Assembly: GCA_038045825.1 (NCBI GenBank) | Contig: JBBSXJ010000003.1 | Coordinates: 148 to 64,147 of the forward strand | Length of the DNA: 64,000 bases | Direction: 5' to 3' | Source of the DNA: Nanobdellota archaeon | GTDB lineage: Archaea > Nanobdellota > Nanobdellia > Pacearchaeales > GW2011-AR1 | Part shown: positions 36,998 to 47,878 of the stretch, piece after piece | Position numbering within the stretch: the first letter of the stretch is position 1 | Layout: each line of letters starts with the position of its first letter | Notes under the pieces: generated by a model | What the model saw: only the letters and a program-made list of their open reading frames with translations | Database searches by the model: none | Told to the model about the DNA's origin: nothing | Translations under genes and position numbers: made by a program

Positions 36998-37735
36998 TTG
37001 AGTGATATGAAGCTGAAATTAGAAGATCCTAGAATTCTAGCGCATTTGATAAGTATAATATCTGAATTAGTTACCGAAGTTAGGATAAAGGTTACTAAAG
37101 AAGGTATGAGTTTGACTGCTCTTGATCCTGCTAATGTTGCTATGTGTTATTTTAACATCCCATCTGATTTATTTTCAGAGTTTGTTGTTGATAATGATGA
37201 GACTCTGGGAGTTAACTTGGAGAACTTGAATTCTATTATGCGTAGAGTTAAAATGGGTAGTTCATTGATTATTGAAAGAGAAGAAAGTTCGTTAAAAATA
37301 ATTATTAATGATAAAATAAAAAGAGAATTTTCTCTTGCTTTGATAGAAGTTGAAGGTGATGACAAACAAATGCCAGCGTGGGAATTTAAGAGTGTTATCA
37401 AGCTGGATGCTCAGGCTTTTGTTGATGCAATAGAAGATTGTGCAGTTGTTGCAGACGCCTGTACTTTTATAGCACAGCCCGATAAATTTATTATTGAATC
37501 TAGTAATTTGCACTCAGCTAAAACTGAATTTTCAAGCGATGAGGCGCAGATATTCTCTGATGCAAGCTCTGCAAGATTTTCACTTGAATATCTTAGTAAA
37601 TTTGTAAAGGGTGCTAAGATTGCTAACCGTGCAGAGATTAACTTTTCAGACAATCATCCAATGAGACTTAACTTCCCGAGTGGTAAGGTAATGCTTTCAT
37701 TTGTGCTTGCACCTAGAGTAGAACAGGACGACTGA
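36998..37735 (+). CDS. pcn: PCNA sliding clamp
   Basis: ALDPANVAM, FSLEYL, FSDNHPMRL, FVLAPRVE. Confidence 0.95.
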   Translation: MSDMKLKLEDPRILAHLISIISELVTEVRIKVTKEGMSLTALDPANVAMCYFNIPSDLFSEFVVDNDETLGVNLENLNSIMRRVKMGSSLIIEREESSLKIIINDKIKREFSLALIEVEGDDKQMPAWEFKSVIKLDAQAFVDAIEDCAVVADACTFIAQPDKFIIESSNLHSAKTEFSSDEAQIFSDASSARFSLEYLSKFVKGAKIANRAEINFSDNHPMRLNFPSGKVMLSFVLAPRVEQDD

Positions 37736-37738
37736 CAA

Positions 37739-38236
37739 TTATTTTCTTTGATTTATTTCATCTAATATTCTACCATAAAGTTCAGGAGATATTCTAAAAC
37801 CTAATGAAATTAACCTCGAAAGATTTCTTTTAAATTCTATTTTATTAATTATTTTTTTATGATATGCTTTTAATAAAACATACAAAGTCCCTTTTACGTT
37901 TAGTCCAAGACTCTCAGCAATTGTTCTTGCAGTAGCATCATCGATTAATAATAACTTTATTTTCAGCTCATTTGATAATTCTATTGCTTCAGATTCGCCA
38001 ATATCAATTTCATGATAAATCTCATTATTTTTATCAAAATTTACTTTTTTTACTTCAATCCATCCATCTTTTACTGCCTTTTCTATGGCTCTGGAATCTA
38101 CGAATCCTTGCCCTTGTATAACAGACTCATTATAAACTGCCTCTGGGATAAATATTTTATCAAAAAGTCTTTTTAATAATTCCAACTTCCCAAGTTTTGC
38201 CAAATACAATAATGGACTCGTATTTGAAACAATCAT
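37739..38236 (-). CDS. PIN-domain toxin, DUF3368 family
   Basis: IVSNTSPLLYL...IDIGESEAI...LLLIDD. Confidence 0.88.
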   Translation of the reverse strand: MIVSNTSPLLYLAKLGKLELLKRLFDKIFIPEAVYNESVIQGQGFVDSRAIEKAVKDGWIEVKKVNFDKNNEIYHEIDIGESEAIELSNELKIKLLLIDDATARTIAESLGLNVKGTLYVLLKAYHKKIINKIEFKRNLSRLISLGFRISPELYGRILDEINQRK

Positions 38237-38237
38237 A

Positions 38238-38543
38238 CTACTCTTTTAGTCCCTTTAAATCTTCTTCCAGTTCTCTAATTCCATAAGGCATTGCAATCTT
38301 TCTTTCCGCAACTATTTCCATCATTTCCCATAAAGAAATCTCTGCTAGCCTTGCTGCCTTGGCTATAGAGACTTTTCTTCGAGTATAAAGCAATAGTGCT
38401 TCTTGAAGCTTTTTTTCTTTTATTCCAATAATAATAAAGTCCCTTATTAGCTTAGACTTATCAGTATCTTTAAGGGATGCTAGTTTTTCAAGCTCTTTAT
38501 CTAAATCGACACTTAAACGTATAGTAGTTAGTTTTTCTTTCAT
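38238..38543 (-). CDS. UPF0175 family antitoxin with RHH-like N-terminus
   Basis: VSIAKAARLAEIS; upstream of the DUF3368 gene. Confidence 0.85.
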   Translation of the reverse strand: MKEKLTTIRLSVDLDKELEKLASLKDTDKSKLIRDFIIIGIKEKKLQEALLLYTRRKVSIAKAARLAEISLWEMMEIVAERKIAMPYGIRELEEDLKGLKE

Positions 38544-38668
38544 AATACAAAATACATCTCTTGTATTATTTAAATCTTTCCATGTTAAATATTTTCGTTA
38601 ATTAGATCGCAAGAAGATTATTCTTAACAAAGAGTATAAAAACAAACTTTCATGTCTATAATATAGGC

Positions 38669-39508
38669 ATGATGAAAAAAACTTTGAAAAATAGAAGTGG
38701 TTTTTTGCACGAAGAAAGTTCTACTGGGAGTATCAAGAACTTTTACGTGGATAAAAAAGGGCAGGTTACTATTTTTGTTATTATTGCATTAATTATTGTA
38801 GCAGTTATATTTGTTGTAATGTTAATTAACAAAGGAAGTGTTTCATTAAGAGAGCAGGATTTTGACAATCCAGAGGTTTATTTGAGTGCATGTATAAATG
38901 AAAGAGCAAGGATTATTTTAGATAATATGCTTGATAATGGAGGATTGCTTTCTACTCAAGATAAAGTTTTATACAATACAAGGGAAATTTCATATTTATG
39001 TAAGAACATAAATAATTTTGAGCCATGTATAAATCAATTCCCTCTTTATGTTAAAAATATTGAAAATGAATTTGATGAAGCAATACAGGCTGACGCAGAA
39101 CAATGTTTTTCTTCACTTCTTTCCGAGTTGGAGAGTAGAAATTACGAAGTCTCAAGTTCTGGAAATGTAAATGTTGAATCAAAATTGAAGCCCGAAGTTG
39201 TTGAGATTTCTTTTGAGAATGAAATTACTATAAGCAAGTCTGGAGAATCTAGGAAGTTTTCAAGATTTGATACTTTTGTGTTTACAAAGATACAGAGTAT
39301 AGGATTTGTTATAAATGAGATTTTAACTCAGGAAGCGAAGTGGTGTTATTTCAGCAATGATGGTTTTATGATTCTTTATCCTGAGTATGATATAAGAGTC
39401 TACATGATGGAAGATACAACAAAGATTTATACTGTTAGAAATAAGAAAACAGATGAGAGTGTGCAGTTCGCTACAAGGGGGTGCGCTTTGCCTGCAGGAT
39501 GGTTTTAA
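38669..39508 (+). CDS. Pilin-like protein (KGQ class III signal)
   Basis: KKG/QVTIFVIIALIIV; paralog of 43745-44497. Confidence 0.75.
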   Translation: MMKKTLKNRSGFLHEESSTGSIKNFYVDKKGQVTIFVIIALIIVAVIFVVMLINKGSVSLREQDFDNPEVYLSACINERARIILDNMLDNGGLLSTQDKVLYNTREISYLCKNINNFEPCINQFPLYVKNIENEFDEAIQADAEQCFSSLLSELESRNYEVSSSGNVNVESKLKPEVVEISFENEITISKSGESRKFSRFDTFVFTKIQSIGFVINEILTQEAKWCYFSNDGFMILYPEYDIRVYMMEDTTKIYTVRNKKTDESVQFATRGCALPAGWF

Positions 39509-42500
39509 CTAAAAAGAATATAGCTTTTTTTGAAATAATTTTGATACTTACAAGCGGAGTTGCTTTTGCATATTTAACTGGACAAACAAATTCTTTAATT
39601 GAGACACTTCCAATTGAGTCTAAGGAAAGTAAATTTATCTCTTTTATTAGAGAAAAAGCTCTTAATTATTTGTCTCATGGTCTTGTTTCTGCGCAGACTG
39701 GAATTCAAACGTGTTTGATTAATAATGATGGAAGTTATTGTCAAGAATATCCTTCTAATGTCTGTAATTCTGAATGTGCTACTCAAGGAGGCTGTTTTCC
39801 TGGAAGAAGAGTTGATTTTGCACCTTGCCAATTGGGAACATGTCTTGATACTGAATTAGGTTTATGCAGTTCTGGATCACCCAGAGCTTCTTGTGAAAAT
39901 GATGAGGGGGTTTGGTCCGCTCAAAATCCTGAGTGCAACAGAGGATGTTGTTTGATAGCTCCTGATGGAAGCGGAGGAGCTAGCCAAGCTAAACTAACTA
40001 CGAACCGGGAATGTAATAATCTTGAGCAGACTTTAGGAGTACTAGTAGAATGGGACTCTCAAACAACTGGAGAAGTACAATGCTTGCAAAAAGTAAGAAC
40101 TCAAAGAGAAGGTGCCTGCGTACTAGCTCCTTCTGATAATGAAATTTTGAATAATTGTGAATTCACTACAGAAGTGAGATGTGCTACAAGAGGAGGAGAT
40201 TTTTATTCTGGTCAGCTCTGCACTAATTCTCAATTAAATACAAAATGTGAGATGACTGAAAATGCGCAATGTTTTGATGGTAAAGATGGATTGTATTTTG
40301 TAGATAGTTGTAACCCTCCTAATAGAGCCAATATTTATGATTACCAAAAAAGAAACAATAATGCTTACTGGCAGAGCGTTGTTCCATTTGAACAAATATG
40401 CACTTTATCTAGAAATAACCAAGGAGAAATAACAAATGAACAGAGCTGTGGAAACTGCGACTATTTGGCAGGAAGTATTTGTGGAACAGTAAGGGGAAGT
40501 ATTGACACTAATCCTTCAAACAATGGACAGTATGTTTGCAGAGATTTATATTGTGTGGATGAAAGTGGAGAAAGAAAAGAACATGGAGAAAGCTGGTGTG
40601 CTTTTGATTCATGGACAGGTTTAGATGGACAGCCTGGAACAAATGAAGAACGCGCGGTAGATGTCCCTGGAAGCAGACAATATAAAAAATTATGCTTTGA
40701 AGGAGAAATAAGATTGGAACCTTGTGCAGAATATAGAAACGGACTCTGTGTTGAAGAAGAAGTAAGAGAAGATTTTACTAATGCTCAATGTAGAACAAAC
40801 ACTGGTGCTTTATGCACAGCCTATAATAAAAATGCTGATGAGCTCTCTAAATGTGAAGAATCGCCTGATTGTTATTTGAAACATGTCGAAATTGATAAAT
40901 TCAAGTTTGATGTTTGTGTTCCTAAATACCCACCTGGGCTTGAACTGGCTGATGAGCCTCAGCCAGATTCAGAATCTATATGCAAGGCTGCAACGCAGAC
41001 TTGCACATATTATGAAAAAAAGAACATAGAAGGAAGGTGGACTTGTAGAATAAACTGTGAATGTAAAGATGCAAAATTTGCGGAAACAATGAATAATCTA
41101 TGCATATCTCTTGGAGACTGTGGAAGCAAGGTTAATTTGGCAGGGGAATTAGGAGATGGATATTCAGTTTCTGGAGATAGACAACCAAGCATATCTGATT
41201 CTTATATTGAAGAATTGAAAAAATATATAGTACCTAAACCTGGGCAGAAAGTTGATGGATTTACTCAAGAACAAATTGAAGCTGCTACAGGATTAGATTT
41301 TAGTTTAGATCCTGATAAATTAAATGCACGAATAGCTCAACTTGGACTTGGTGCTGGAGTCGCTGTTGCTGTACAGACTGGGACAGCTTTAGCCCCTTCT
41401 ACTTTTGCAGTTCAAGGTTGGGGAGGAGTATTCAATGCAGCATTAGTAGGAGCTGGAATAGGTTATATTTTAGGATTAACTTTTGGATTGGAAGGAGATG
41501 ACTTAACTACTGCAGTTATTATCGGTGCTACTGTAGGTATTGGATATGCAGTGTTAGCTACATATGTTCCAACTCTTGCTGTTGCTCCTGTTGTTGGATG
41601 GATTGCAGCTATTATTATCTTAGTTGTAGTTGCAATTCTTCAAGTTGCTGGTGTTGGTGAATATCGTGAGAAACATGTAACTTTCAATTGTCTGCCTTGG
41701 CAGCCTCCTTCTGGAGGAACTAACTGTGATAAGTGTGATGATCTCGGAATAGAGTGTACTGCTTACAAATGCGCATCTCTTGGAAAAACTTGTCAATTAC
41801 TTAATCCAGAAACTGTGAATGAAGCTTGTGTTAATATTAATCCAAATGATGTGAGTGCTCCAGATATTTCATTTAACGCAACATCTATTCCTCAAGGATA
41901 CACTTTTGTTGAGTCAGATAATGGGGTTGAAATAAGAAGTTCTACTTCTGATTGGTCTATACAAGAGTATACTGCAGTTACTTTTGGAATTGTTACAAAT
42001 GAACCTAGCCAGTGTAAGATATCTGCAGTCAGACCTGAAAATGGGTATGATGAAATGGAAGATACTTACTTTGATAGTTCTTTGAATGCTTATGTTTCTG
42101 CTCATACAGATAACAGAGCTATGGAGAGTCTAGATAATCTTGATGTTCCAGGAGTAAATTCTGATCCTTCAAGAAGAGGAGATTACAACTTGTATATTCT
42201 ATGTCAGGATAAAAGCGGAAATGATAATGATGTAGAATATAATATAAGATTTAAGATATCTCCTGCAAATGATATACAACCTCCTCTAATAACAAGGTAT
42301 ATTCCTGAAAGCCCTGGAGTTACAGGATTAAACTCTCAGAGCTTTAATTTGAGATTTTATACAGATGAACCTGCGACTTGTAGGTTTAGTTCATTAGATG
42401 TGAATTATGAAATAATGGAAAATCTTGCATTGTGTAATAATGATTTAACTCAGTCAACTTTGAATGGATGGTTGTGTAATGCTATATTACCTATAACTGC

Positions 42501-43176
42501 TGATGAAAATACTTACTATTTCAGATGTGCTGACCAACCTTGGCTTGGAGAGGATGTACAGCAGACAGGAATTACTCTTGGAACTGGAAGAAATGCAAAC
42601 ACTCAAAGTATAACTTATTCTGTAAGAAGAACTACTACTCCTTTAACAATTTCATCTGTGACTCCTAATGGTGCAACTATTCTTTCAGCAACTGAACCTG
42701 TTTCAGTAAATCTTGAAGTGGTTACTGCTGGAGGTATTGAGTCTGGTGAAGCTTTCTGTAAATATTCATTTAGTGGAAATCAATATACTGATTTTGCAAC
42801 TACAAGTTTGAGTAATCATAGACAGACATTTACTACTTTATTCTCTGGAAATTATGATATAAGATTGAATTGTACAGATAGAGCTGGAAATAGTGCTGAA
42901 GGAAACTCGCTGTTTACTATTCAAGTTGATAATGTAGGGCCATTAATAACAAGACTCTACAATTCAGGAAATTCATTAACTGTTATAACTAATGAAGCAT
43001 CTGCTTGTGAATATTCTTTAGATTCTTGTGCATTTGAGTTTGAATCTGGAATTGCTCTTTCTGGAGCTGGAAAGGTTCACACAATGCCTTATCAGAATGG
43101 AAACATTTACAAAATAAAATGCAGAGATAGCTTTGAAAATGTTGGATCTTGTTTGACAGTTAGCGGTGGTTATTGA
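39499..43176 (+). CDS. Giant Cys-rich surface protein with central Gly/Ala hydrophobic region
   Basis: About 1225 aa, dozens of Cys; N-half resembles 44494-46077 and C-half resembles 47879-50200. Confidence 0.85.
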   Translation: MVLTKKNIAFFEIILILTSGVAFAYLTGQTNSLIETLPIESKESKFISFIREKALNYLSHGLVSAQTGIQTCLINNDGSYCQEYPSNVCNSECATQGGCFPGRRVDFAPCQLGTCLDTELGLCSSGSPRASCENDEGVWSAQNPECNRGCCLIAPDGSGGASQAKLTTNRECNNLEQTLGVLVEWDSQTTGEVQCLQKVRTQREGACVLAPSDNEILNNCEFTTEVRCATRGGDFYSGQLCTNSQLNTKCEMTENAQCFDGKDGLYFVDSCNPPNRANIYDYQKRNNNAYWQSVVPFEQICTLSRNNQGEITNEQSCGNCDYLAGSICGTVRGSIDTNPSNNGQYVCRDLYCVDESGERKEHGESWCAFDSWTGLDGQPGTNEERAVDVPGSRQYKKLCFEGEIRLEPCAEYRNGLCVEEEVREDFTNAQCRTNTGALCTAYNKNADELSKCEESPDCYLKHVEIDKFKFDVCVPKYPPGLELADEPQPDSESICKAATQTCTYYEKKNIEGRWTCRINCECKDAKFAETMNNLCISLGDCGSKVNLAGELGDGYSVSGDRQPSISDSYIEELKKYIVPKPGQKVDGFTQEQIEAATGLDFSLDPDKLNARIAQLGLGAGVAVAVQTGTALAPSTFAVQGWGGVFNAALVGAGIGYILGLTFGLEGDDLTTAVIIGATVGIGYAVLATYVPTLAVAPVVGWIAAIIILVVVAILQVAGVGEYREKHVTFNCLPWQPPSGGTNCDKCDDLGIECTAYKCASLGKTCQLLNPETVNEACVNINPNDVSAPDISFNATSIPQGYTFVESDNGVEIRSSTSDWSIQEYTAVTFGIVTNEPSQCKISAVRPENGYDEMEDTYFDSSLNAYVSAHTDNRAMESLDNLDVPGVNSDPSRRGDYNLYILCQDKSGNDNDVEYNIRFKISPANDIQPPLITRYIPESPGVTGLNSQSFNLRFYTDEPATCRFSSLDVNYEIMENLALCNNDLTQSTLNGWLCNAILPITADENTYYFRCADQPWLGEDVQQTGITLGTGRNANTQSITYSVRRTTTPLTISSVTPNGATILSATEPVSVNLEVVTAGGIESGEAFCKYSFSGNQYTDFATTSLSNHRQTFTTLFSGNYDIRLNCTDRAGNSAEGNSLFTIQVDNVGPLITRLYNSGNSLTVITNEASACEYSLDSCAFEFESGIALSGAGKVHTMPYQNGNIYKIKCRDSFENVGSCLTVSGGY

Positions 43177-43677
43177 ATGACTCAAGGATTAATCAAACTA
43201 TTAAAAGAAATAGATATTGTTAACAGAAAAAATGTATCTCTAAGGGCAGGTCAACCAAGTAATTATTATTTTGATGTGAAAAAATCATATGGACGACCAG
43301 ATGTCCTAACAAGTATGGGAAAAGCAATGATTAGAACTATGGATGAAGGCATTACATGTGTTGCTGCTAAAGGATATGGTGGAATTCCACTTGCAACAGC
43401 CATTTCAATTCTAGGAAGAATACCTCTAAGTATAGTTAGAGATGGTGCTCAGAAACACGGGTTAGGAAAACATATTGAGGGTTACATTCCAACAGAAAGA
43501 GACATGGTCGCTATTGTTGATGATGTTCTTACAAGTGGTGGAAGTATTCGAGAAGTAGAAGAGATTGTTTTGGCTGCCGGTGCAAGAATTCAAGGAGCAT
43601 ATATAGTAGTTAGAAGAAACGATATAAAAATGAATTTTCCTGTAAAATATTTAATTGATGGAAAGGATTTGCTTTGA
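43177..43677 (+). CDS. pyrE: Orotate phosphoribosyltransferase-like PRTase
   Basis: SNYYFDVK, GGIPLA, KHG and PRPP motif VDDVLTSGGS. Confidence 0.8.
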   Translation: MTQGLIKLLKEIDIVNRKNVSLRAGQPSNYYFDVKKSYGRPDVLTSMGKAMIRTMDEGITCVAAKGYGGIPLATAISILGRIPLSIVRDGAQKHGLGKHIEGYIPTERDMVAIVDDVLTSGGSIREVEEIVLAAGARIQGAYIVVRRNDIKMNFPVKYLIDGKDLL

Positions 43678-43744
43678 TTACAATAAAAAATTGCCAATGA
43701 AAATTCAAGCAATTATTTATAAACAAAAAATATCTTAAAGATTA

Positions 43745-44497
43745 ATGATAAAAGAGAGGTCTGGACAAGTAACTCTATTTGTTATACTTGCTTTGATTAT
43801 TGTCGGAGTTGTTATAGTTATTTTCGCTTTCCCTTCCGCAAATGTTTTTTCATCTGAATTAAACCCTTCAAGTTATTTGAGAAGTTGTATTGAACCTGAG
43901 ATTGAGATAATAAAAAATACACTTAGTGTACAAGGAGGATATACAGCACCTAGTAATTATGCAATGTATAAAGATTTGAAATTGCAATATCTTTGTTATA
44001 CTTCAGATTATTATGTGCCTTGCATGGTTCAACAACCTCTTCTGCTTAAGCATATTCAGGATGAAATGGTAAGACATATCGAGCCTAGAGCTAAACAATG
44101 TTTTGAGGATTTGAAAGATCAATATGAATCTAGAGGATATGAAGTTAATTCAGGGCCGAGCGAAATTTTAGTAGGAATTGTTCCTGGAAATATAAATGTT
44201 GAATTTTTAGCTCCAGTGACATTGAGAAAAGAAGATACTCAAACATTCAATAAATTCTCAGTTGGAATTGCATCTGAATGGTATACTTTGATAAATACTG
44301 CTGTAAATATTATACAATATGAATCGACTTTTGGAGACTCAGAAACAAGTTTATATATTTCTTATTACCCTGGATTAACAATTGATAAAACAAGACGTGA
44401 TGATGGAAGCACAATTTATCAGTTAAGAGATGTCACAACTGGAGATGAATTTGCTTTCGCAACTCGTAGTCTTGTATGGCCTCAAGGATTCGCATGA
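43745..44497 (+). CDS. Pilin-like protein (SGQ class III signal)
   Basis: RSG/QVTLFVILALII; C-terminal FAFATR matches VQFATR in 38669. Confidence 0.75.
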   Translation: MIKERSGQVTLFVILALIIVGVVIVIFAFPSANVFSSELNPSSYLRSCIEPEIEIIKNTLSVQGGYTAPSNYAMYKDLKLQYLCYTSDYYVPCMVQQPLLLKHIQDEMVRHIEPRAKQCFEDLKDQYESRGYEVNSGPSEILVGIVPGNINVEFLAPVTLRKEDTQTFNKFSVGIASEWYTLINTAVNIIQYESTFGDSETSLYISYYPGLTIDKTRRDDGSTIYQLRDVTTGDEFAFATRSLVWPQGFA

Positions 44498-46077
44498 ACA
44501 ATAAAAGAATGATTTTAACTTTTGCAATAGTTTTGTTAGCTTTTGCTGGAATTGTTATTGCGCAACAGACTGGAACACCTAATAATCCAAATGTTGGAAG
44601 TCAATTATCGACTGTTTGTTGTGAACAAACAAACTCAGGAGCATTTTGTCAGAACGTTCCTGCAAGTGAATGCAGACCTGAAAGTCAGCAAGTACCTACA
44701 TCATGTGAATCTACGAGTTATTGCAAGGCTGGAACATGTTATGATTCAACTGAAGGGACATGTCTTGATAATACTCCTCAATTAGTTTGTAATTCGAATG
44801 GGGGTGTATGGAGTGAAGAGGAACCTCCTCAATGTGCTTTGGGTTGTTGCGTTCTAGGAGATCAAGCTGCTTATGTCTCCCTTGTAAGATGTAAAAGATT
44901 GAGTTCTTATTTGGGGTTGGAGACTAATTATGATACCACAGTTACTAGTGAACTTGCATGTATAGAAAAAGTTCAACAGCAGGAGACTGGAGCTTGTGTT
45001 TATGAATTTGAATTTGAGAAAACATGTAAATTTGGAACAAGAGCTGAATGTAATACTCGGACAGGAAATGCTTCTCTTGTTGGAGGAACATTTTACTCAG
45101 GTAAATTATGTTCTGCTGAAGAGTTAGGAACTATTTGTGGACAGAGCACTAAAACAACTTGTATAGATGGAAAAGACGGTGTATATTTTGTAGATACTTG
45201 TGGAAATCCTGCTAATATTTATGATTCTTCTAAACTTGAAGATCAAATTTATTGGAGTGATGTAATAAATGTAGATAATTCATGTAATCCTGCTAGTGCT
45301 AATGCAGGAAGCTCATCATGTGGAAATTGCAATTATCTTCAGGGAAGCATTTGTAGAAGCGAAGATGATTCAGGAGGAAACCCAACATATGGAGATTACA
45401 TATGTGCTGATTTGAATTGTAAGACTACTCAAAATGGAGAGAGTCATAGACATGGAGAAAGTTGGTGTGTTAATAATGATGCAGGAGGAAATGGAATGTC
45501 AGATAATTCTGTAGGAAGCAGATTTTACAAACATATTTGTATAAATGGAGAAGAAGTTTTGGAGCAGTGTGAAGACTTTAGAGCTGAGGAGTGTATATCT
45601 CAAGAGATTAACGGATTCTCACAAGCTGCTTGCAAAGTTAATAGATGGCAGGATTGTATGAATCAGCAAGACAAAGAATCATGTGAAAATGAAGATGTAA
45701 GAGATTGTAGATGGGAGGAAGGTACAATATTGCAAGGATTATCAAATAGTTCTCAAATAACAGTTACAGGAACTTGTTTTCCTCAGAACAAACCAGGATT
45801 TAATTTCTGGGAAGATACTGAAGCATCAAAAATATGTGCATTAGCTAGTGAGACTTGTATAGTTAAGTTTGAAGAAGATTTATTCGGAGGACAACAAAAA
45901 ATAAAATCTGGACAAGAATGTTGGGATAGAAATAAAGATGGAGTAAGTGATGGTTGGGTTAGGAAGAAACTAGCAGTTTGTAGTATGATTGGAGATTGTG
46001 GAAATGGAATTAACTGGGCCGGTCATGAAGGAAGTGGTGGCTATACTCTTCTTCTGGACAATGAGAATGTAAACTGA
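44494..46077 (+). CDS. Secreted Cys-rich protein
   Basis: Signal peptide; DGKDGVYFVDTC, SCGNCNYLQGSIC and HGESWC shared with 39499. Confidence 0.85.
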   Translation: MNNKRMILTFAIVLLAFAGIVIAQQTGTPNNPNVGSQLSTVCCEQTNSGAFCQNVPASECRPESQQVPTSCESTSYCKAGTCYDSTEGTCLDNTPQLVCNSNGGVWSEEEPPQCALGCCVLGDQAAYVSLVRCKRLSSYLGLETNYDTTVTSELACIEKVQQQETGACVYEFEFEKTCKFGTRAECNTRTGNASLVGGTFYSGKLCSAEELGTICGQSTKTTCIDGKDGVYFVDTCGNPANIYDSSKLEDQIYWSDVINVDNSCNPASANAGSSSCGNCNYLQGSICRSEDDSGGNPTYGDYICADLNCKTTQNGESHRHGESWCVNNDAGGNGMSDNSVGSRFYKHICINGEEVLEQCEDFRAEECISQEINGFSQAACKVNRWQDCMNQQDKESCENEDVRDCRWEEGTILQGLSNSSQITVTGTCFPQNKPGFNFWEDTEASKICALASETCIVKFEEDLFGGQQKIKSGQECWDRNKDGVSDGWVRKKLAVCSMIGDCGNGINWAGHEGSGGYTLLLDNENVN

Positions 46078-46109
46078 AGTCTTATAAATAATAAATTGTT
46101 ATTCTTTTT

Positions 46110-47120
46110 ATGAATTATGTTCTAATACTGCCCCTTGCAATTAGTTTGATTGTTGTTCTAACTCTCATGCCATGGTGGATACGCAAGGTAAAATCTGTGG
46201 GATTAGTATGGGATGATATGAATAAGATAAAAAGTGAGAAAGTTTCTGGCTCTGGTGGATTGATTGTTTTACTCGCTTTCTTGCTTAGTGTTTTAAGTTA
46301 TGTTGCATATAGAGTCTTCATACTCGAGAGTGAAAATGGATTTTTGCTTGAAATATTTGTTATTCTGACAATGGTGACTTTCATGGGATTTGTAGGATTT
46401 ATAGATGATTTATTTGGATGGCGCAAAGGAGGATTATCAGCGCGTTCAAGAATCTTAATTACCATATTTGGAGCAATCCCTTTAATTGCAATAAAAGCAG
46501 GAGATAGTGTAACTAATCTTCCACTTCTTGGATTAGTTGATTTAGGATTAATTTACCCTTTGTTATTTATACCTCTAGGGGTTGTTGCTACTACAACCAC
46601 TTTTAACATGCTTGCAGGATTTAATGGTCTTGAAGCAGGACAAGGAATAATATTGCTTTCGGGGCTTGCTTTTGTTTCTTATCTAACAGGAAGTGCTTGG
46701 CTTGCATTTGTATGTTTATGTATGGTTCTTGCACTATTGGGTTTCTTTGTGTATAATAAATTCCCTGCACGCGCTTTTCCAGGAGATGTAATGACTTATT
46801 CAATTGGAGTGATGATAGCTGCCGTCGCTATTCTGGGAAACTTTGAGAAACTAGCAGTTTTCTTTTACATCCCTTATATTATCGAAGTCATATTAAAATC
46901 ACGAGGTGGATTGAAAAAAAGTTCATTCGGTAAACCGATGAAAGACGGAGCTCTTGATAATCAGTACAATAAAATATATAGTTTGAATCATTTGTCTATT
47001 TCTGTTTTGAAAAAAATTGGAATAAAATCAACTGAAGAAAATGCAGTTAAAATGATTTGGGGCTTTCAGTTATTTATAGTAATTTTAGGGATATTCTTAT
47101 CCAGAGAAACCCTTTTCTAA
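46110..47120 (+). CDS. Glycosyltransferase family 4 (AglH/GPT-like polyprenyl-P GlcNAc-1-P transferase)
   Basis: GFIDDL, FNMLAGFNGLE, YNKFPARAFPGD. Confidence 0.9.
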   Translation: MNYVLILPLAISLIVVLTLMPWWIRKVKSVGLVWDDMNKIKSEKVSGSGGLIVLLAFLLSVLSYVAYRVFILESENGFLLEIFVILTMVTFMGFVGFIDDLFGWRKGGLSARSRILITIFGAIPLIAIKAGDSVTNLPLLGLVDLGLIYPLLFIPLGVVATTTTFNMLAGFNGLEAGQGIILLSGLAFVSYLTGSAWLAFVCLCMVLALLGFFVYNKFPARAFPGDVMTYSIGVMIAAVAILGNFEKLAVFFYIPYIIEVILKSRGGLKKSSFGKPMKDGALDNQYNKIYSLNHLSISVLKKIGIKSTEENAVKMIWGFQLFIVILGIFLSRETLF

Positions 47121-47194
47121 ATCATTATACTTTTGTAACTATTGAGTAACAGAAAAGCTTAAATATTCGTTTAATCTTAGAATTATATCTTAAA

Positions 47195-47812
47195 ATGGTA
47201 TCTAGGGCTAAAAATCTAGGATTGGTGAGTGTGATCTTAGGGGCTTCTATCGTTTCTGGTTGTGCTGGTTTAAATAATAATAGTCTTTTAGGTATAAGTC
47301 TCAGTGCTTTAGGAGTTCGTAAAGGTAATCCTGTTGCTCAGGTTATTGGAGGACAATTATCTCAATATGGCTCCGCTCAAGCTGGAGCAAGTAATACTAA
47401 TGTTTATGTTAACGGAAATGGTTCTGGAAATTCTAACGCTCCGAGATGGGATATTTTCACATGTACTGCATATAATGATTTTAACAATGATGGAACAAGG
47501 GATCCAGATAAAGAAGTTATTGGTAAGAATAAAACAGAATTCTTTGTAGGCGATACTGTGAGATATGTTGCGGTAATTTATAATTGTAAAGGTAGAACTC
47601 TTAGTATCTTTGGACAGGACAAGCCTGGAGTTGCACCTAGAAAATTTTCAGAAATCATTGTAGATAGTGATGCTAAAATATATAACTCTAGTAACTTGAA
47701 ACTTGATATTCCTGCTAGCTGGTATGCTTACTGGACTCTTGATGGTGTTAAAATTGGAGAGCATAGAATAAATGTCAGAGAAGATCCTGCCAGTCAATTT
47801 GTTCAAAAATAA
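47195..47812 (+). CDS. Orphan putative lipoprotein
   Basis: Lipobox-like IVSGC; DFNNDG Ca-binding-like loop; own TATA (AAAAGCTTAAA, about 47153). Confidence 0.65.
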   Translation: MVSRAKNLGLVSVILGASIVSGCAGLNNNSLLGISLSALGVRKGNPVAQVIGGQLSQYGSAQAGASNTNVYVNGNGSGNSNAPRWDIFTCTAYNDFNNDGTRDPDKEVIGKNKTEFFVGDTVRYVAVIYNCKGRTLSIFGQDKPGVAPRKFSEIIVDSDAKIYNSSNLKLDIPASWYAYWTLDGVKIGEHRINVREDPASQFVQK

Positions 47813-47878
47813 TTTGTTATACTAATATTTAAGGTAAAATTGGGGAATGTTTATAAACAATTATTCCATTAGAGATTT

